Notes under the pieces: generated by a model
Told to the model about the DNA's origin: nothing
Databases searched by the model: none
Seen by the model: only the letters and a program-made list of their open reading frames with translations
Part shown: positions 18,057 to 28,021 of the stretch, piece after piece
Position numbering within the stretch: the first letter of the stretch is position 1
Layout: the number at the start of each line of letters is the position of its first letter
DNA from: a virus
Lineage: Duplodnaviria; Caudoviricetes
Direction: 5' to 3' (one strand)
IMG/VR virus record: IMGVR_UViG_3300011335_000223
Span: 1-37,391 of that record
DNA: 37,391 bases
Program-made: the position numbers and the translations under genes

Positions 18057-18881
18057 TTATGCGCTGATCTGGGTAATAGTAGTGATTATAGACGGAACGG
18101 CGGGTACGGGAGCAGACGCGGCCACGGCTAAAAGTTGGCAATCCGTGCTAGACGCGCTGTACATAATTTGAAAATAATCGCCGCTCCGCAAAGACACAAG
18201 AAAATTAACCGTCATAATGGTTTCCGCCGTGGAGCCTTGAACGGCGGCTTTAGATGCGCTGTTAGCTACGTCGATACCATTAATTCGCAGCCACATAAAG
18301 ATGTTGCCCACGGAGCCGGTAGTTTTATGTAGCTGCGCTGAAAACTGTATGTTGTATAACCCGGTGCGCTCCACGTAAATTTCGGATGCTGCCGACGCAT
18401 GGGTTGTTTGGTTGTAAACGCCGTCGGTATCATATGTGGCGGCGTAGGCCGTGTTTGCAACCGCAACGGTTTGTGTTGTAGCGGAGGAGAATTGGCCAAA
18501 AACAGGCGTAACCCAATTGGCTTCGCCATCCGAACCCATACCAAGGTACGCATTTATAAGCGGCTTAGGGAGCCGCGTTAATGTGTTAGCTGCCGAAGCA
18601 TACAGTGTATCACCCGTAACGTAGGTGTTTAGGCCCGTGCCGCCCGCCGTGGGTGATATGTACCCGCCGGTTATGTTGACGTTGCTTTCGTCTTGGTATC
18701 CCATCGAGCCTTGAGCAACCGGCGGCAACACCAGCAAATCAGTGATGGAAGTTTGCGTAGAACCAGCCCCGGTGATGTTGAACAAATTGGCAAAAAACCT
18801 ATACCAATCGCGCGTGATAATCCCCGTCTGCGGGTCCACCATAGGTACACGTGGTGGGGTTATGTTGGTGATGTTAGGCAT
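18057..18881 (-). CDS. Tail protein (needle/fibre-like)
   Basis: Follows the gp10-like gene; GGTG repeat motif; C1q/BclA-like beta C-terminus (GLYNIQFSAQL). Confidence 0.65.
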   Translation of the reverse strand: MPNITNITPPRVPMVDPQTGIITRDWYRFFANLFNITGAGSTQTSITDLLVLPPVAQGSMGYQDESNVNITGGYISPTAGGTGLNTYVTGDTLYASAANTLTRLPKPLINAYLGMGSDGEANWVTPVFGQFSSATTQTVAVANTAYAATYDTDGVYNQTTHASAASEIYVERTGLYNIQFSAQLHKTTGSVGNIFMWLRINGIDVANSASKAAVQGSTAETIMTVNFLVSLRSGDYFQIMYSASSTDCQLLAVAASAPVPAVPSIITTITQISA

Positions 18882-20316
18882 TGGTGCCTGATAGTAGTAG
18901 CTGCGCGCCGATAATGTCTAGCTTAACTGGATCAGTACCAGACACCTCGTACACTCGGTCACGCAGTTTCAGCGTCATGCCGAGCCTACGCCAAATAGCG
19001 CGCTGACCATAATTGCCCATAGCGCCCATAGAAGTCCAATGTTCGTTAGACCACGTATGCCCACCGTCATCAGACCAGCGCAGCATAACTTGTGGGTCGC
19101 TGCCTTGACCGGAATTGAGGCCCGTGCCGACTTCGCAGTTCAATTGCAGCGAGTGGTGCGCTGTGCGCTTTAGATTGTTTTGCCCGGTAGGCAACGCGCG
19201 CCACGACCGCAACCATTTTTGCGCGTCGCCGTTATCAGCGTAAACTGTTAGGTCGAAGGTATAAATGTCTCCAGTCTCATAGTCGCCTATGATAATGTCG
19301 CCGCTAAAGTTGCATTGGCAATTTCCGCGATGGCGGCTGAATTGGCCGTTATCCAGATAGGCGCGCTCGTGCCAGACGCCAGTGGATACGTCGTAAACCC
19401 AAGTTGTTCCGCCGGTAGGAAAGTTAAGCACGTAAAAGGCATGGCCGTCTTGCTGGTATGTGTAGGCCGTTGCGTCTGACATATTGCTGTACTGTTGAAT
19501 TTGCCATTCAATAGCGTGCGTTGATATGCGTTGGCCGATGTAGCCGTTAGCCTTGTAGACAATACCTTGGCCCCTAGCATCGCAACCCAGCCAGAAGATG
19601 CTGTTGTCCAGCTTGGCGATAGAGTACGCAGCAACGCAGCCGATTTCATTGAACGCGCCTTGGATGCGGGCCAACGGAAAATCAGCCGCGCCAGCGTTAT
19701 ACCAAACTTCGGTGCTGTCAGGGCCAAACACCCATACTTCGCGGTGATCGACAATGATACCAACAATCCCGTCAGGCGATCCTTCCGCGCTAGCAAAGTC
19801 GAGTGGGTCAATCTGCGTGCCGTCGAGTAGGCTAGTAATCCACAGCTTTTGGCTGTTTGGCTGGTTAAACACAAAATAGCCGTCAATGTAGCCGACCGTC
19901 ACCGCGCCGGGAAAATCAGGGTCGGTGACTTGCGCAAAGGTGTTAGTGGACTCGGTGTAGACGTAGGCGTTTGGGCTAGATACGAATACGATCTGGTCGC
20001 CGTTGTCGGCAATAGAGACTTGGCCGGTGCCCGCGATAGTGCCCAGCAATACCGGCGTCCCGGTGAGCGAAGTTAGCTTGTATACGCTGTTGCCGGACAC
20101 AACGTAGAAGTCTGCGCCTTGCGTCTGGTGCGCCCACAAACCGCGAATAGGGCCGGTGCCCACCGTCTGTAGGAAATTTAGGCCCGGTGCCCGGTTCAGG
20201 AACGCAGGCATCTGCCCGCCTTCAGGAACAATTTCTGGAAAAAGATTGACCATGCGGTTGTCGGCGGCATTGACACTTCGCGCAACATACGCCGACCCAA
20301 GGATCGGCGTATCCAT
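18874..20316 (-). CDS. Tail hub / packaged-DNA stabilisation protein (P22 gp10-like)
   Basis: LDFASAEGSPD, LRWSDDGGHTWS; beta-propeller-like; gene order. Confidence 0.88.
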   Translation of the reverse strand: MDTPILGSAYVARSVNAADNRMVNLFPEIVPEGGQMPAFLNRAPGLNFLQTVGTGPIRGLWAHQTQGADFYVVSGNSVYKLTSLTGTPVLLGTIAGTGQVSIADNGDQIVFVSSPNAYVYTESTNTFAQVTDPDFPGAVTVGYIDGYFVFNQPNSQKLWITSLLDGTQIDPLDFASAEGSPDGIVGIIVDHREVWVFGPDSTEVWYNAGAADFPLARIQGAFNEIGCVAAYSIAKLDNSIFWLGCDARGQGIVYKANGYIGQRISTHAIEWQIQQYSNMSDATAYTYQQDGHAFYVLNFPTGGTTWVYDVSTGVWHERAYLDNGQFSRHRGNCQCNFSGDIIIGDYETGDIYTFDLTVYADNGDAQKWLRSWRALPTGQNNLKRTAHHSLQLNCEVGTGLNSGQGSDPQVMLRWSDDGGHTWSNEHWTSMGAMGNYGQRAIWRRLGMTLKLRDRVYEVSGTDPVKLDIIGAQLLLSGTNA

Positions 20317-21026
20317 TAGTAGTTCCCCGCGTAGATATTGAACCGCTGACGAGAAGCCACAATGCTGTATGGCATCGACATAATGTCATCTGGGTTGTTG
20401 ATGCGCTTCAGGTTACGCTTGCTGGTCATGGCGATACGCGAAACTTGCGGTGAAGGCTCAACGCCAAACTCCGGTGCCATTTCGGTCGCCAAGTTGTAAC
20501 GAAACGCGCGCAAATACCCCGGCGGAAAACTTAAAACGGTCGCCAGCGTAGCTGGCTGCGTCAGTTCTTCTACTGAAATGAAGTGCCATTCCAACGCCCT
20601 AGTAGGCACTGGGTACACATACATTTCGATATCTGGGTAGCTCATGTTCACCCAAATCACTTGCGGGTAAGTCGAGGTGACTGTTTTTACGGCAATACCA
20701 TCGTACTGCTGCTGGTTGATGATCTTGATACCATAGCTAACGCCTGTGCTGGCATCTCTGTAATAGGTGGCGTCATCAAGCAGAATGGGCCGGTTGCCTA
20801 CAAAATCACCGCTAGGCCCAAGTGTGCGGCTGATAGTGCTTGCGGGCCACGTGAACACTTGGTCCTGCGTTGAAAACACAGCTAGGCGCTCTGTGTTCCA
20901 ACTATCAATCATCTGGTTCATGGCATCGAGCGCGTCTTGCGACGTTTCAGCCGATGGCGTTTCGCCTTCAGCCAGCACGCCCAGCAAGCGCAGCGATCCG
21001 TTAATGATGTCGCCAGCCGTGGCCAT
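20316..21026 (-). CDS. Head-tail adaptor (P22 gp4-like)
   Basis: GDIINGSLRLLGVLAEGE...LDAMNQMIDSW; YNLATEMAPEFG. Confidence 0.82.
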   Translation of the reverse strand: MATAGDIINGSLRLLGVLAEGETPSAETSQDALDAMNQMIDSWNTERLAVFSTQDQVFTWPASTISRTLGPSGDFVGNRPILLDDATYYRDASTGVSYGIKIINQQQYDGIAVKTVTSTYPQVIWVNMSYPDIEMYVYPVPTRALEWHFISVEELTQPATLATVLSFPPGYLRAFRYNLATEMAPEFGVEPSPQVSRIAMTSKRNLKRINNPDDIMSMPYSIVASRQRFNIYAGNY

Positions 21027-21029
21027 AAC

Positions 21030-21218
21030 TTAGTCTTCCTGCGGTATCCGGCGAGGCCGCCCACGGGGGCGAGACGCCAATTGGTTAACCGGGGCGCTTA
21101 CAGCGCCCGTTTCAACATCATACCTCACCCAGCCAAAATCTTCATCATAAATCGCTTCTGGTTCCGCAATAGCAACTTTGGCACCGTGAACCGGATGCGT
21201 AAGATAAATAACAGCCAT
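21030..21218 (-). CDS. Small protein with C-terminal AT-hook-like RPRGRPRR (62 aa)
   Basis: Fills the gap in the late operon. Confidence 0.7.
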   Translation of the reverse strand: MAVIYLTHPVHGAKVAIAEPEAIYDEDFGWVRYDVETGAVSAPVNQLASRPRGRPRRIPQED

Positions 21219-21229
21219 ACAAAACTCAC

Positions 21230-21253
21230 AAAAAGACAGCCCGAAGGCCGCCC
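21230..21253 (-). terminator. Intrinsic terminator, cUUCGg loop
   Basis: Minus strand GGCGGCC-TTCG-GGCTGTC followed by a T-run. Confidence 0.75.
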
Positions 21254-21260
21254 AATTTAA

Positions 21261-21674
21261 TTACACGCAGTGAATGATTGCAAAGTTTACGACAATTGCT
21301 TCTGACAGCGAACCACCAGAAATGTTGCGCAGCGTAATGCTGGCAGTGCCAGCAGCCACCGCATTAACAAACACGTTGTATGATCCGGGGGTTGTTTGCC
21401 CGCTTGCAAGGGTAAGGATAAGCGTGTCATTTGCAGAAATGAAGCTGTTGGTCAGCGTGAATGTAGCGTTAGTGACGGTAGCCAAAGACGCGTTGTTCAT
21501 CGTAATGACGCCTGCTGGTTTGTTTAGCGTGACGCCAGTAGACTTGCTGGTAGCCTGCGTAACCGTACCTTGCGCGGCGGCGGTATAGCCAAGCTGTTCG
21601 TCGGACAAAATATACTGCGCGCCGATAATATCTTGGTCAAGAAACGCAACACCAATAGATTTGTTGTTAGCCAT
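21261..21674 (-). CDS. Putative capsid decoration / minor structural protein
   Basis: AGGAG RBS; beta-rich GTVTQATSKSTGVTLNK; follows the coat genes. Confidence 0.65.
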   Translation of the reverse strand: MANNKSIGVAFLDQDIIGAQYILSDEQLGYTAAAQGTVTQATSKSTGVTLNKPAGVITMNNASLATVTNATFTLTNSFISANDTLILTLASGQTTPGSYNVFVNAVAAGTASITLRNISGGSLSEAIVVNFAIIHCV

Positions 21675-21686
21675 TGATTTTCTCCT

Positions 21687-21717
21687 GAAAAGGTTGCCCC
21701 GGCCTACGCCGGGGCAA
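21687..21717 (-). terminator. Hairpin / probable terminator
   Basis: TTGCCCCGGC-N4-GCCGGGGCAA followed by CCTTTT on the minus strand. Confidence 0.65.
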
Positions 21718-21722
21718 ACTAA

Positions 21723-22121
21723 TTAACCCGCGATACGGTACAAGCTGTAAGCCGCGTCGCCAGTCCTGACGGCACGGAATAGAACGCTCTTAGACGCAAC
21801 GCCCGCACCAGAGGTGCTGGCAAGCGACCAACCCGTACCAACCACAATAGTAGGTACACCAGTGCTGGTAGCAACAAGAGCAAGATCAAACGAGCTACCG
21901 ACTTTGGCGCTGCTGAAAGCCGCGTCAGTGAGAGTAGCGGTAGGAAGCGTAAGGTTGCCCGTGCTAGCTGAAGTGTAGATAATCACGCCTGCGGCAAGAT
22001 CGTTTACGGTAAGCGTTGCAGTGGCTGTGAGGGTTGTCGGGATAGTGAAGTTAGTGAAAGAAATCTCGGTGAGATTACCATCGCCAAGCTGATATCCACC
22101 AGCGCCATTAGGAAGTGCCAT
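21723..22121 (-). CDS. Putative capsid decoration protein
   Basis: Directly after the coat gene, AAGGA RBS, Thr/Ala/Gly-rich. Confidence 0.65.
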   Translation of the reverse strand: MALPNGAGGYQLGDGNLTEISFTNFTIPTTLTATATLTVNDLAAGVIIYTSASTGNLTLPTATLTDAAFSSAKVGSSFDLALVATSTGVPTIVVGTGWSLASTSGAGVASKSVLFRAVRTGDAAYSLYRIAG

Positions 22122-22136
22122 AGTTATTATCCTTAG

Positions 22137-22165
22137 AAAAAACGGCCCCCAGCGAACCGGGGGCC
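22137..22165 (-). terminator. Intrinsic terminator after the major capsid gene
   Basis: Minus strand GGCCCCCGG-TTCG-CTGGGGGCC-GTTTTTT. Confidence 0.85.
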
Positions 22166-22174
22166 ATGATTAAG

Positions 22175-23374
22175 TTAGCCAAACATACGGACGGCCATCT
22201 GTGGACGGATGACGCTGTAGCCGTACAGAACGTCAATGCGGCAAGGCATACGGTCGTTGTTAATGTCGTACTGCCGAATAACACGCAAGCTAATGCCGTT
22301 ATGCACCTGACGCGAAGCCATATCCACACCCTGCGGGAGCAGAAGATCGGCAGTTGCGAAGGTGATAGCGTCCTTATGGTAGATAAGGTTCTGCGGATAC
22401 GACGTTGACGCCGCACCAACAAATACAACAGCCTTGCTAGTAGCCGGAAGGGTCAGGACAGTAGCCAGAGCGTTTGTAGCCGAGTAGATCGGAGCCACGG
22501 TGACAGTAGCAGTCGTGGTGGCGGTCGAGGACGCCAAAACTACGAACTGAAACAGCGAACCAGTGCTTTCACGGGTCTGCGGGTTCACTGCGTAGCAATC
22601 AGCAATCGTAAACACGTCGCCAACAGCCAGAAGCTCACCAGAACCAACAGTCAGCGTCAGCGTGGTAGAACCTTCGACCGTCACGGCAGCGCCAGTAGTG
22701 TTGCCGGTAGCAGCACGGGTGCCGGTCGTGAACTGCTTGATTGACTGCGACATATTAACCTCGTCGTAGCCAAGCACGCCCGTGCCCATCATGCCGTTCT
22801 TGAACTGCTTGCTGATGGTATCAGTCGGGTTGAAGAAACCCTTCATACCTTCAACCAAACCGGCGTTTGCAGCCGGGTTAACAGTTGCGTAGCGCGGTGC
22901 CATGCTAGCTGCGGCTTCGTTGAGCTTCTGCTGTGCCTGAAGCAAAACCAGCGAGGTAGCTGGCGCTGTGCCGGGGGTTCCAACGGAGTTGCCAATGTAC
23001 TTGTACGAGTTGGCAACGTCGGCGTCGATGCTAGATGCAAGCTGCGAAATGCGCGGCTTGAGAACGCGTTCGGCAAAATCGTCCATCTGCATGGTCAATT
23101 CGGCGGTCGTGAAGTTTACGCCGATATGCTTCTGCGAAGAAACAGTCAGGGTCGTATACTGCTCGTTGTCGTCCTGAACCTGAAGCGCAGCGCCGTCCGT
23201 GACCAAAGCGCGGTCAGGCAGGCGGATACGCAGGGTGGAACCGATTTTAGCGCCTTCTGAGGCGAAACTGTCATCGTACTGACGATTGACATTGCGGGTA
23301 ATGACAAGATTATTCTCAAGGATTTCCAAAGCCTTGCGAGTAATCATGTCGATAGTGAGGATCGAGTTAGACAT
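22175..23374 (-). CDS. Major capsid protein (P22 coat family)
   Basis: MSNSILTIDMITRKALEILENN...KIGSTLRIRLP...CRIDVLYG; follows scaffold. Confidence 0.92.
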   Translation of the reverse strand: MSNSILTIDMITRKALEILENNLVITRNVNRQYDDSFASEGAKIGSTLRIRLPDRALVTDGAALQVQDDNEQYTTLTVSSQKHIGVNFTTAELTMQMDDFAERVLKPRISQLASSIDADVANSYKYIGNSVGTPGTAPATSLVLLQAQQKLNEAAASMAPRYATVNPAANAGLVEGMKGFFNPTDTISKQFKNGMMGTGVLGYDEVNMSQSIKQFTTGTRAATGNTTGAAVTVEGSTTLTLTVGSGELLAVGDVFTIADCYAVNPQTRESTGSLFQFVVLASSTATTTATVTVAPIYSATNALATVLTLPATSKAVVFVGAASTSYPQNLIYHKDAITFATADLLLPQGVDMASRQVHNGISLRVIRQYDINNDRMPCRIDVLYGYSVIRPQMAVRMFG

Positions 23375-23388
23375 GGTTAAAGTCCCAA

Positions 23389-24144
23389 TTAACGGTTGCG
23401 GTGTGCCTCATACTTTTTGACCTGTCGGTTGCGTTCTGCTTCGATCCAATCGGACGTAGACATAGTTTTGATGCTACGTGGGTCGGTCGTATCGTAGGCA
23501 GGCGTTCCAGAGGAACGAGCAGTAACAGGTGCAATCGGAGCCGGGGCGGTTGAAGTTTTCTTAACCGGCGGGTTTGAAGCCAATGTAGCCTCAAGTTTCC
23601 CGATTTCTTTTGCCTGCAAGATCGGCGGCAATTGGGCAATGCGTCCAGATTCCTTGGGGTTTAATCCTAGCCAATAAATAACATCAGGACCAATATCCGA
23701 GGCTTGGATAGCTTGAGCCATATACTCCGTGACGGGAAGATTAGTGTTGTAAGCAACCTGATCGAAATCGTCGTACTTAGCCCTAATATCTTCTTCGCGG
23801 TCGTAATATGCCTCTGCAATCGTAGCTTGCTGCTTCGCGGCTTCCCGCTGGGCAATCAGTTGTTCAGCGTATGCTTCAATACTGGCAGCGTTTTCTGGGT
23901 CCACATAGGCGGGTATGTCCTGCTGTGAAACCGGCGTGCGCTGCGCTTGCTCACGTTCCCATTTGCGTTGTTCTCTTGCGAGGCGCTTACCAACAATGGC
24001 GTCAAGTTCTTCTTGCGAAAAGGTCTTGGACGCTTCCTGTTCAGCAGGCGTATCCGGCGTAGAATTGTCTTCAGGTTCGATTGCCGCCGTGGCGTCGAGT
24101 TCTGGCGCGGGCACTTCCGCTTCAATTGGAACAACTTCGTCCAT
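23389..24144 (-). CDS. Scaffolding protein
   Basis: Acidic N-terminus, KTFSQEELDAIVGKRLAREQRK, APAPI; precedes coat. Confidence 0.85.
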   Translation of the reverse strand: MDEVVPIEAEVPAPELDATAAIEPEDNSTPDTPAEQEASKTFSQEELDAIVGKRLAREQRKWEREQAQRTPVSQQDIPAYVDPENAASIEAYAEQLIAQREAAKQQATIAEAYYDREEDIRAKYDDFDQVAYNTNLPVTEYMAQAIQASDIGPDVIYWLGLNPKESGRIAQLPPILQAKEIGKLEATLASNPPVKKTSTAPAPIAPVTARSSGTPAYDTTDPRSIKTMSTSDWIEAERNRQVKKYEAHRNR

Positions 24145-24192
24145 GTTTAACCCCTAAGAGTTCCCGGTAAACCTCGCCGGTACGGTAGTTAA

Positions 24193-24690
24193 TCAAGCAG
24201 TAAGGCTAGCAACCTTTGCCTGAAATGCTTTAACGCGCGCATCAAGAGCGGCAACGTCTGTGTCTAGCTTGGCACGGCGGGCTACTAGATCAGTATCCAG
24301 CTTTGTCTGCCTAGCCTCAAGAGTTTCGCAAGCCTTCAGCCTAACGGCTACGTCAGCTTCGATATCTTTGACCTTAGATGCTTTAGATGCTAACGCGGCT
24401 TCGCTGGCCGAGACAGCAGCTTCGCGGGCCTTGACTTTAGCGGCGGCGTCCTTGGTAGCGGCGTTAATCTCTGCCGCGGCAACCTTGGCGGCTGCAAGTG
24501 CCGCGCGGGCGGCTTCCAATTCATCTGCCGCAGCTTTGCGGTCAGCCATGGCGGCTTCAGCAGCCGTCAGCGCGCCTTGGCGCGTAGCCAGTTCGTCGCG
24601 CAAAGAAGCCATATGCGCCAAATCGTGCGGAAATTGTTTGGTAAAATACGTTACGTAATCAATGCCGGGAGTATCGCCAGAAATGTTCAT
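24193..24690 (-). CDS. Coiled-coil hypothetical protein
   Basis: Ala/Lys/Glu heptads; AGGGA RBS. Confidence 0.75.
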   Translation of the reverse strand: MNISGDTPGIDYVTYFTKQFPHDLAHMASLRDELATRQGALTAAEAAMADRKAAADELEAARAALAAAKVAAAEINAATKDAAAKVKAREAAVSASEAALASKASKVKDIEADVAVRLKACETLEARQTKLDTDLVARRAKLDTDVAALDARVKAFQAKVASLTA

Positions 24691-24701
24691 GTTAGCGTCC
24701 C

Positions 24702-25010
24702 TTATGCGTAGAAGCTAATGTTGAGTTTGGCCGTCGCCGTCTGCTCAATAAACTTGATCTTGTTAAGATCGCCGTCGTACTGAAGCGTAACTCCGGCGGC
24801 GAGCGGCATACCAATAGCCGCTGTCGGGGCTGTGCCGTCATCGCGCCAGCGCACGCCCTGCGTTTCAGGGGTAATAAGCGCGATGACGGGCTTTAAGTTA
24901 AGGCCCGTCACAGGGTCAATCACTGGCACAGTAAGCCCCGTCGCGCTGGTAAGTACGCTGATCTGCTGGTATCCAAGGCAGCTAGTTATTGCCTTTAAGT
25001 TAATAGCCAT
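24702..25010 (-). CDS. Small beta-rich virion protein
   Basis: VRWRDDGTAPTAAIGMPL; TGATG overlap with upstream gene. Confidence 0.7.
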   Translation of the reverse strand: MAINLKAITSCLGYQQISVLTSATGLTVPVIDPVTGLNLKPVIALITPETQGVRWRDDGTAPTAAIGMPLAAGVTLQYDGDLNKIKFIEQTATAKLNISFYA

Positions 25011-28000
25011 CAAAATCTCCTGCGTTCGGTAAACGAACGTATTTCAATAAAATACTCAATAGCCGCAACAGGGATAGGTGCCCCGCTCGCCACAATGCTT
25101 ACAGGTTGACCAGTTACCGAATATACCCCGTTCTGCGCGGATAGCAAGCGGGAGAATAGAACGGTTATGTTTTGCCCGGTTACGGCGTAGGTGCCGTTGG
25201 ACGCCGTGATGAGTTTGCTGCGGTTGATGCCGACCGACTGCCCGGTTACGGCGTAGGTGCCGTTAAGCGCGGACAACGCATAATTGACATTAGTGGAGTA
25301 TGTTATGACAGCCGACTGACCAGTTACGGCGTAGGTGCCGTTGGACGCCGTGATGAGTTTGCTGCGGAAAATGCTGACAGATTGCCCGGTTACGGCGTAG
25401 GTGCCGTTGGCCGCCGTTATGGTATAGCCAGCCGCAGAAAAAACCCAGCCGGTGTTGTTGCCGCCGTCTACGCTGTTTGATCCTGCGGTCCAAGTTGCGC
25501 CGCCGGTAGCCGTAGAGCGCGAAATGGAAACGTAATCTACCGAGACAGCACCAGATGCCTTTGACAGCGTATGCGAAGCCGCAGTGACGCTGCCAATCGT
25601 AATTAGGTTTCCCGCACTACCGTTCAGATTAAAGTTGGTGAACGTGTTGGTTGTAGCCGCCGTAAACAAAACTGAGGCTGGCTGTACCGTGTTAGCGATA
25701 TTGGTGAAAGTATTCGCGCCCGTGATCGTCAGCGCGCCAGCGCCACCTTGGTTCAACGTGCAGTTGAAGGTTGAGCCGCCGCCCACAAAAGTTTTCGCAG
25801 TAGCGGCGGTCATGGAGATCGCGCCAGTGCCGGTCCCCGCCGTTGTGCTGAAGCCAGTCGGCACTGCGTTATTGAAGGCGGTTGCAGACGCTTCAGGGCA
25901 AACAAGAGTGCCTGCATTAAACGTCAGGTTTTTAGTGCCTGTTGCGGTTGTGTAAGACGAACCAACCGTCAGCGTTAGTCCGTTCAGATCAAGCGTGCCG
26001 TTGGTGTGCGTCAAGGCTCGCGTAGAACCCATCGTCAGTGCATCTTGAAGTTGCCACGTTCCGCCCACACCATCGAAGGTCAGCGGCCAGTCTATGGTAA
26101 ACGCATTAGATGTTATGGTCTTGGTGCCGGAAGTGGCGGCGAACGTCCAAGCATTAGTGCCCGCCGTATAGGCTGCGGCCAAAGTTAGATTACCGTATAT
26201 GGTCTTAGCGGCGTTTGCCATTGTTCCGGCAAAACCAGTGAAGTCCAAATTGCGTACAGAGCCAGCACTAAATGTCAGCGCGTATGTGCCCGTCGTGAAG
26301 TTAAAGCTAATGGAATTGGCTTCAGTCGGCGAACCGGGGCTGACGGTGGTTGCCGTAGCCGTAGTGTTCGACACGTTTACCGTAGGCGTTCCAGTCACTG
26401 TTAGGACGCTCGCACCAAGAGCAGTGATCCACACCGTGCCGGTGCCGTTTACAACAATGTTTCCGGTGCCAAAAGCCAAAGTTCTAGCAGCAGCAGTGTT
26501 GCTGTTAAATGTTGTTGCCGTCAACGTGTACGTCTGAAGGTCGAGTGTTCCAGTCGAAAGGGTAACGGTGCTAGTGGATGTGAAGGCGCTGGATAGCGAC
26601 ACAGTGCCACTTACCGGCTTGTTCAGAGTGAGTGGGCGAGTGAACGTAACCCCGTTCATGGTTATGGACTGTGCAGCCGTACCGAAAAACGACACGGTGT
26701 TAGCCGCACCAGATAAAGTGACGCCGGACCCCATCACAAAATTACCGTAAACCGCGTAACCCCCCGGCTGTGCTAGAGCCACAGCGTTCGTCCGCCCCGA
26801 TGCGTCTACGCTGCCAAGGTTTACGTTATTGTCAATCGTCACCGTGGTGCTGGTGTTTAACCCCGTGTTTTCGATGTACGCAGTATCTTGCATGAGTGGA
26901 AAGTTGGTTGACGCAGCGACACCTCCAGAAGTTGCGGCCCATGCGTCGCTGTCGGTCCAGTTGCCACCCGCGACCTTGCTCCAATAGACATTTTTTGCCG
27001 TTGAGAACGTAATGCCGGAGCAATTGCCGCCGTTGCCGATGCGCGTACCGCTGAGCGTAGCACTGGAAATTACAAGGTCGCGAAAGTCGTAGTCAGTCAC
27101 CGTCGCCGTGATGGTTGTCACGGTCAGAGTACGTTGCGTGCCGTAGGTGCCGGATCTTAACATGATGCGGCGCGCCGATAGCGTTGGCGCGCTAAGCGTC
27201 AGTGTGGTGATCGTCTGGTTCGCGCCGAACTGAATATAGCTTTCGCCTACAGCAGTCCGCGCCGCGACTGACAGGGTGCCGAATGTATTAGCCCCGGCTA
27301 TGGTCAGATTGGCGTCAGCCGTGTTAGCGGCGGTGAGAGCCACGGTTCCATACGTAAGCCCGCCACCGTTAAAGTCATCGCCGCTGGCAATCTGGGTAAA
27401 ATTTATCGTTGATGACGCGCCGCTGAAGGTCAGACCCGTGGTTGTCGTAAAAGTCCAGCGCGACGCGAGAATCGCACTTGTGCCCAGCGTCACTGATCGG
27501 GTGTTGGAGTTGTTGCTAGCAAAAGCACCCAGTGTCATGTTGAAGTTGCCGGTGGCAAACGTGCCGTTTGTAACCGTGAAAAGACCGAGAGTGTTGCTCG
27601 CCGTGTTCATGGTCAGGGCGCTGCCAAGGGTCCACCCGCCGCCCACACCATTAAGCGTAATAGGCCCGCTGATCGTCACGCCGTTGGTGGTGATGGTCTT
27701 GCCCGTTGTCGTGGCGTTAAATGTGACCGCCCCGGTAGATGACCATACCGTGCCCACAAGCAGTGTCATGTTGCCCGTGATAGCCAGCGTAGGAGTAGTG
27801 CCGGTAGCAAAGGTCACAGTGCCGAGGGAAACAGTGAGGTCGAGGCACAGCAGCGCACCCGTCATGGTGACGGTGTAAGTGCCCGCTTGGTCAAAGATAA
27901 CGCTGTCAGCAGCGGTCGGCACAGACGCGCCGCTTGCGCCCCCGGACGAAGCCGACCAGTTAGTCGTGCTGCTGGTGTTCCAAGTGCCTGCGCCGCCTAC

Positions 28001-28018
28001 CCAATACCTGTCGGCCAC
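25010..28018 (-). CDS. Large Thr/Gly-rich beta-helix-like fibre/adhesin (1002 aa)
   Basis: RYWVGGAGTW module occurring twice, autotransporter-passenger-like strands, five C-terminal NGTYAVTGQ-type repeats. Confidence 0.8.
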   Translation of the reverse strand: MADRYWVGGAGTWNTSSTTNWSASSGGASGASVPTAADSVIFDQAGTYTVTMTGALLCLDLTVSLGTVTFATGTTPTLAITGNMTLLVGTVWSSTGAVTFNATTTGKTITTNGVTISGPITLNGVGGGWTLGSALTMNTASNTLGLFTVTNGTFATGNFNMTLGAFASNNSNTRSVTLGTSAILASRWTFTTTTGLTFSGASSTINFTQIASGDDFNGGGLTYGTVALTAANTADANLTIAGANTFGTLSVAARTAVGESYIQFGANQTITTLTLSAPTLSARRIMLRSGTYGTQRTLTVTTITATVTDYDFRDLVISSATLSGTRIGNGGNCSGITFSTAKNVYWSKVAGGNWTDSDAWAATSGGVAASTNFPLMQDTAYIENTGLNTSTTVTIDNNVNLGSVDASGRTNAVALAQPGGYAVYGNFVMGSGVTLSGAANTVSFFGTAAQSITMNGVTFTRPLTLNKPVSGTVSLSSAFTSTSTVTLSTGTLDLQTYTLTATTFNSNTAAARTLAFGTGNIVVNGTGTVWITALGASVLTVTGTPTVNVSNTTATATTVSPGSPTEANSISFNFTTGTYALTFSAGSVRNLDFTGFAGTMANAAKTIYGNLTLAAAYTAGTNAWTFAATSGTKTITSNAFTIDWPLTFDGVGGTWQLQDALTMGSTRALTHTNGTLDLNGLTLTVGSSYTTATGTKNLTFNAGTLVCPEASATAFNNAVPTGFSTTAGTGTGAISMTAATAKTFVGGGSTFNCTLNQGGAGALTITGANTFTNIANTVQPASVLFTAATTNTFTNFNLNGSAGNLITIGSVTAASHTLSKASGAVSVDYVSISRSTATGGATWTAGSNSVDGGNNTGWVFSAAGYTITAANGTYAVTGQSVSIFRSKLITASNGTYAVTGQSAVITYSTNVNYALSALNGTYAVTGQSVGINRSKLITASNGTYAVTGQNITVLFSRLLSAQNGVYSVTGQPVSIVASGAPIPVAAIEYFIEIRSFTERRRF
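25179..25408. repeat. Four exact copies of a 20-bp coding repeat
   Basis: GTTACGGCGTAGGTGCCGTT at 25179, 25245, 25323, 25389 (spacing 66/78/66). Confidence 0.9.
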
Positions 28019-28021
28019 GAC

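Noticed and set aside
11954-22328. Other 8/9 DnaA-box-like words (about 11954, 19837, 22320)
   Set aside because: Imperfect, inside coding sequence, and expected by chance
25179-25408. CRISPR-like array (20-bp repeats spaced 66-78 bp)
   Set aside because: Spacings are multiples of 3, the spacers resemble each other, and all lie in frame in a protein repeat region
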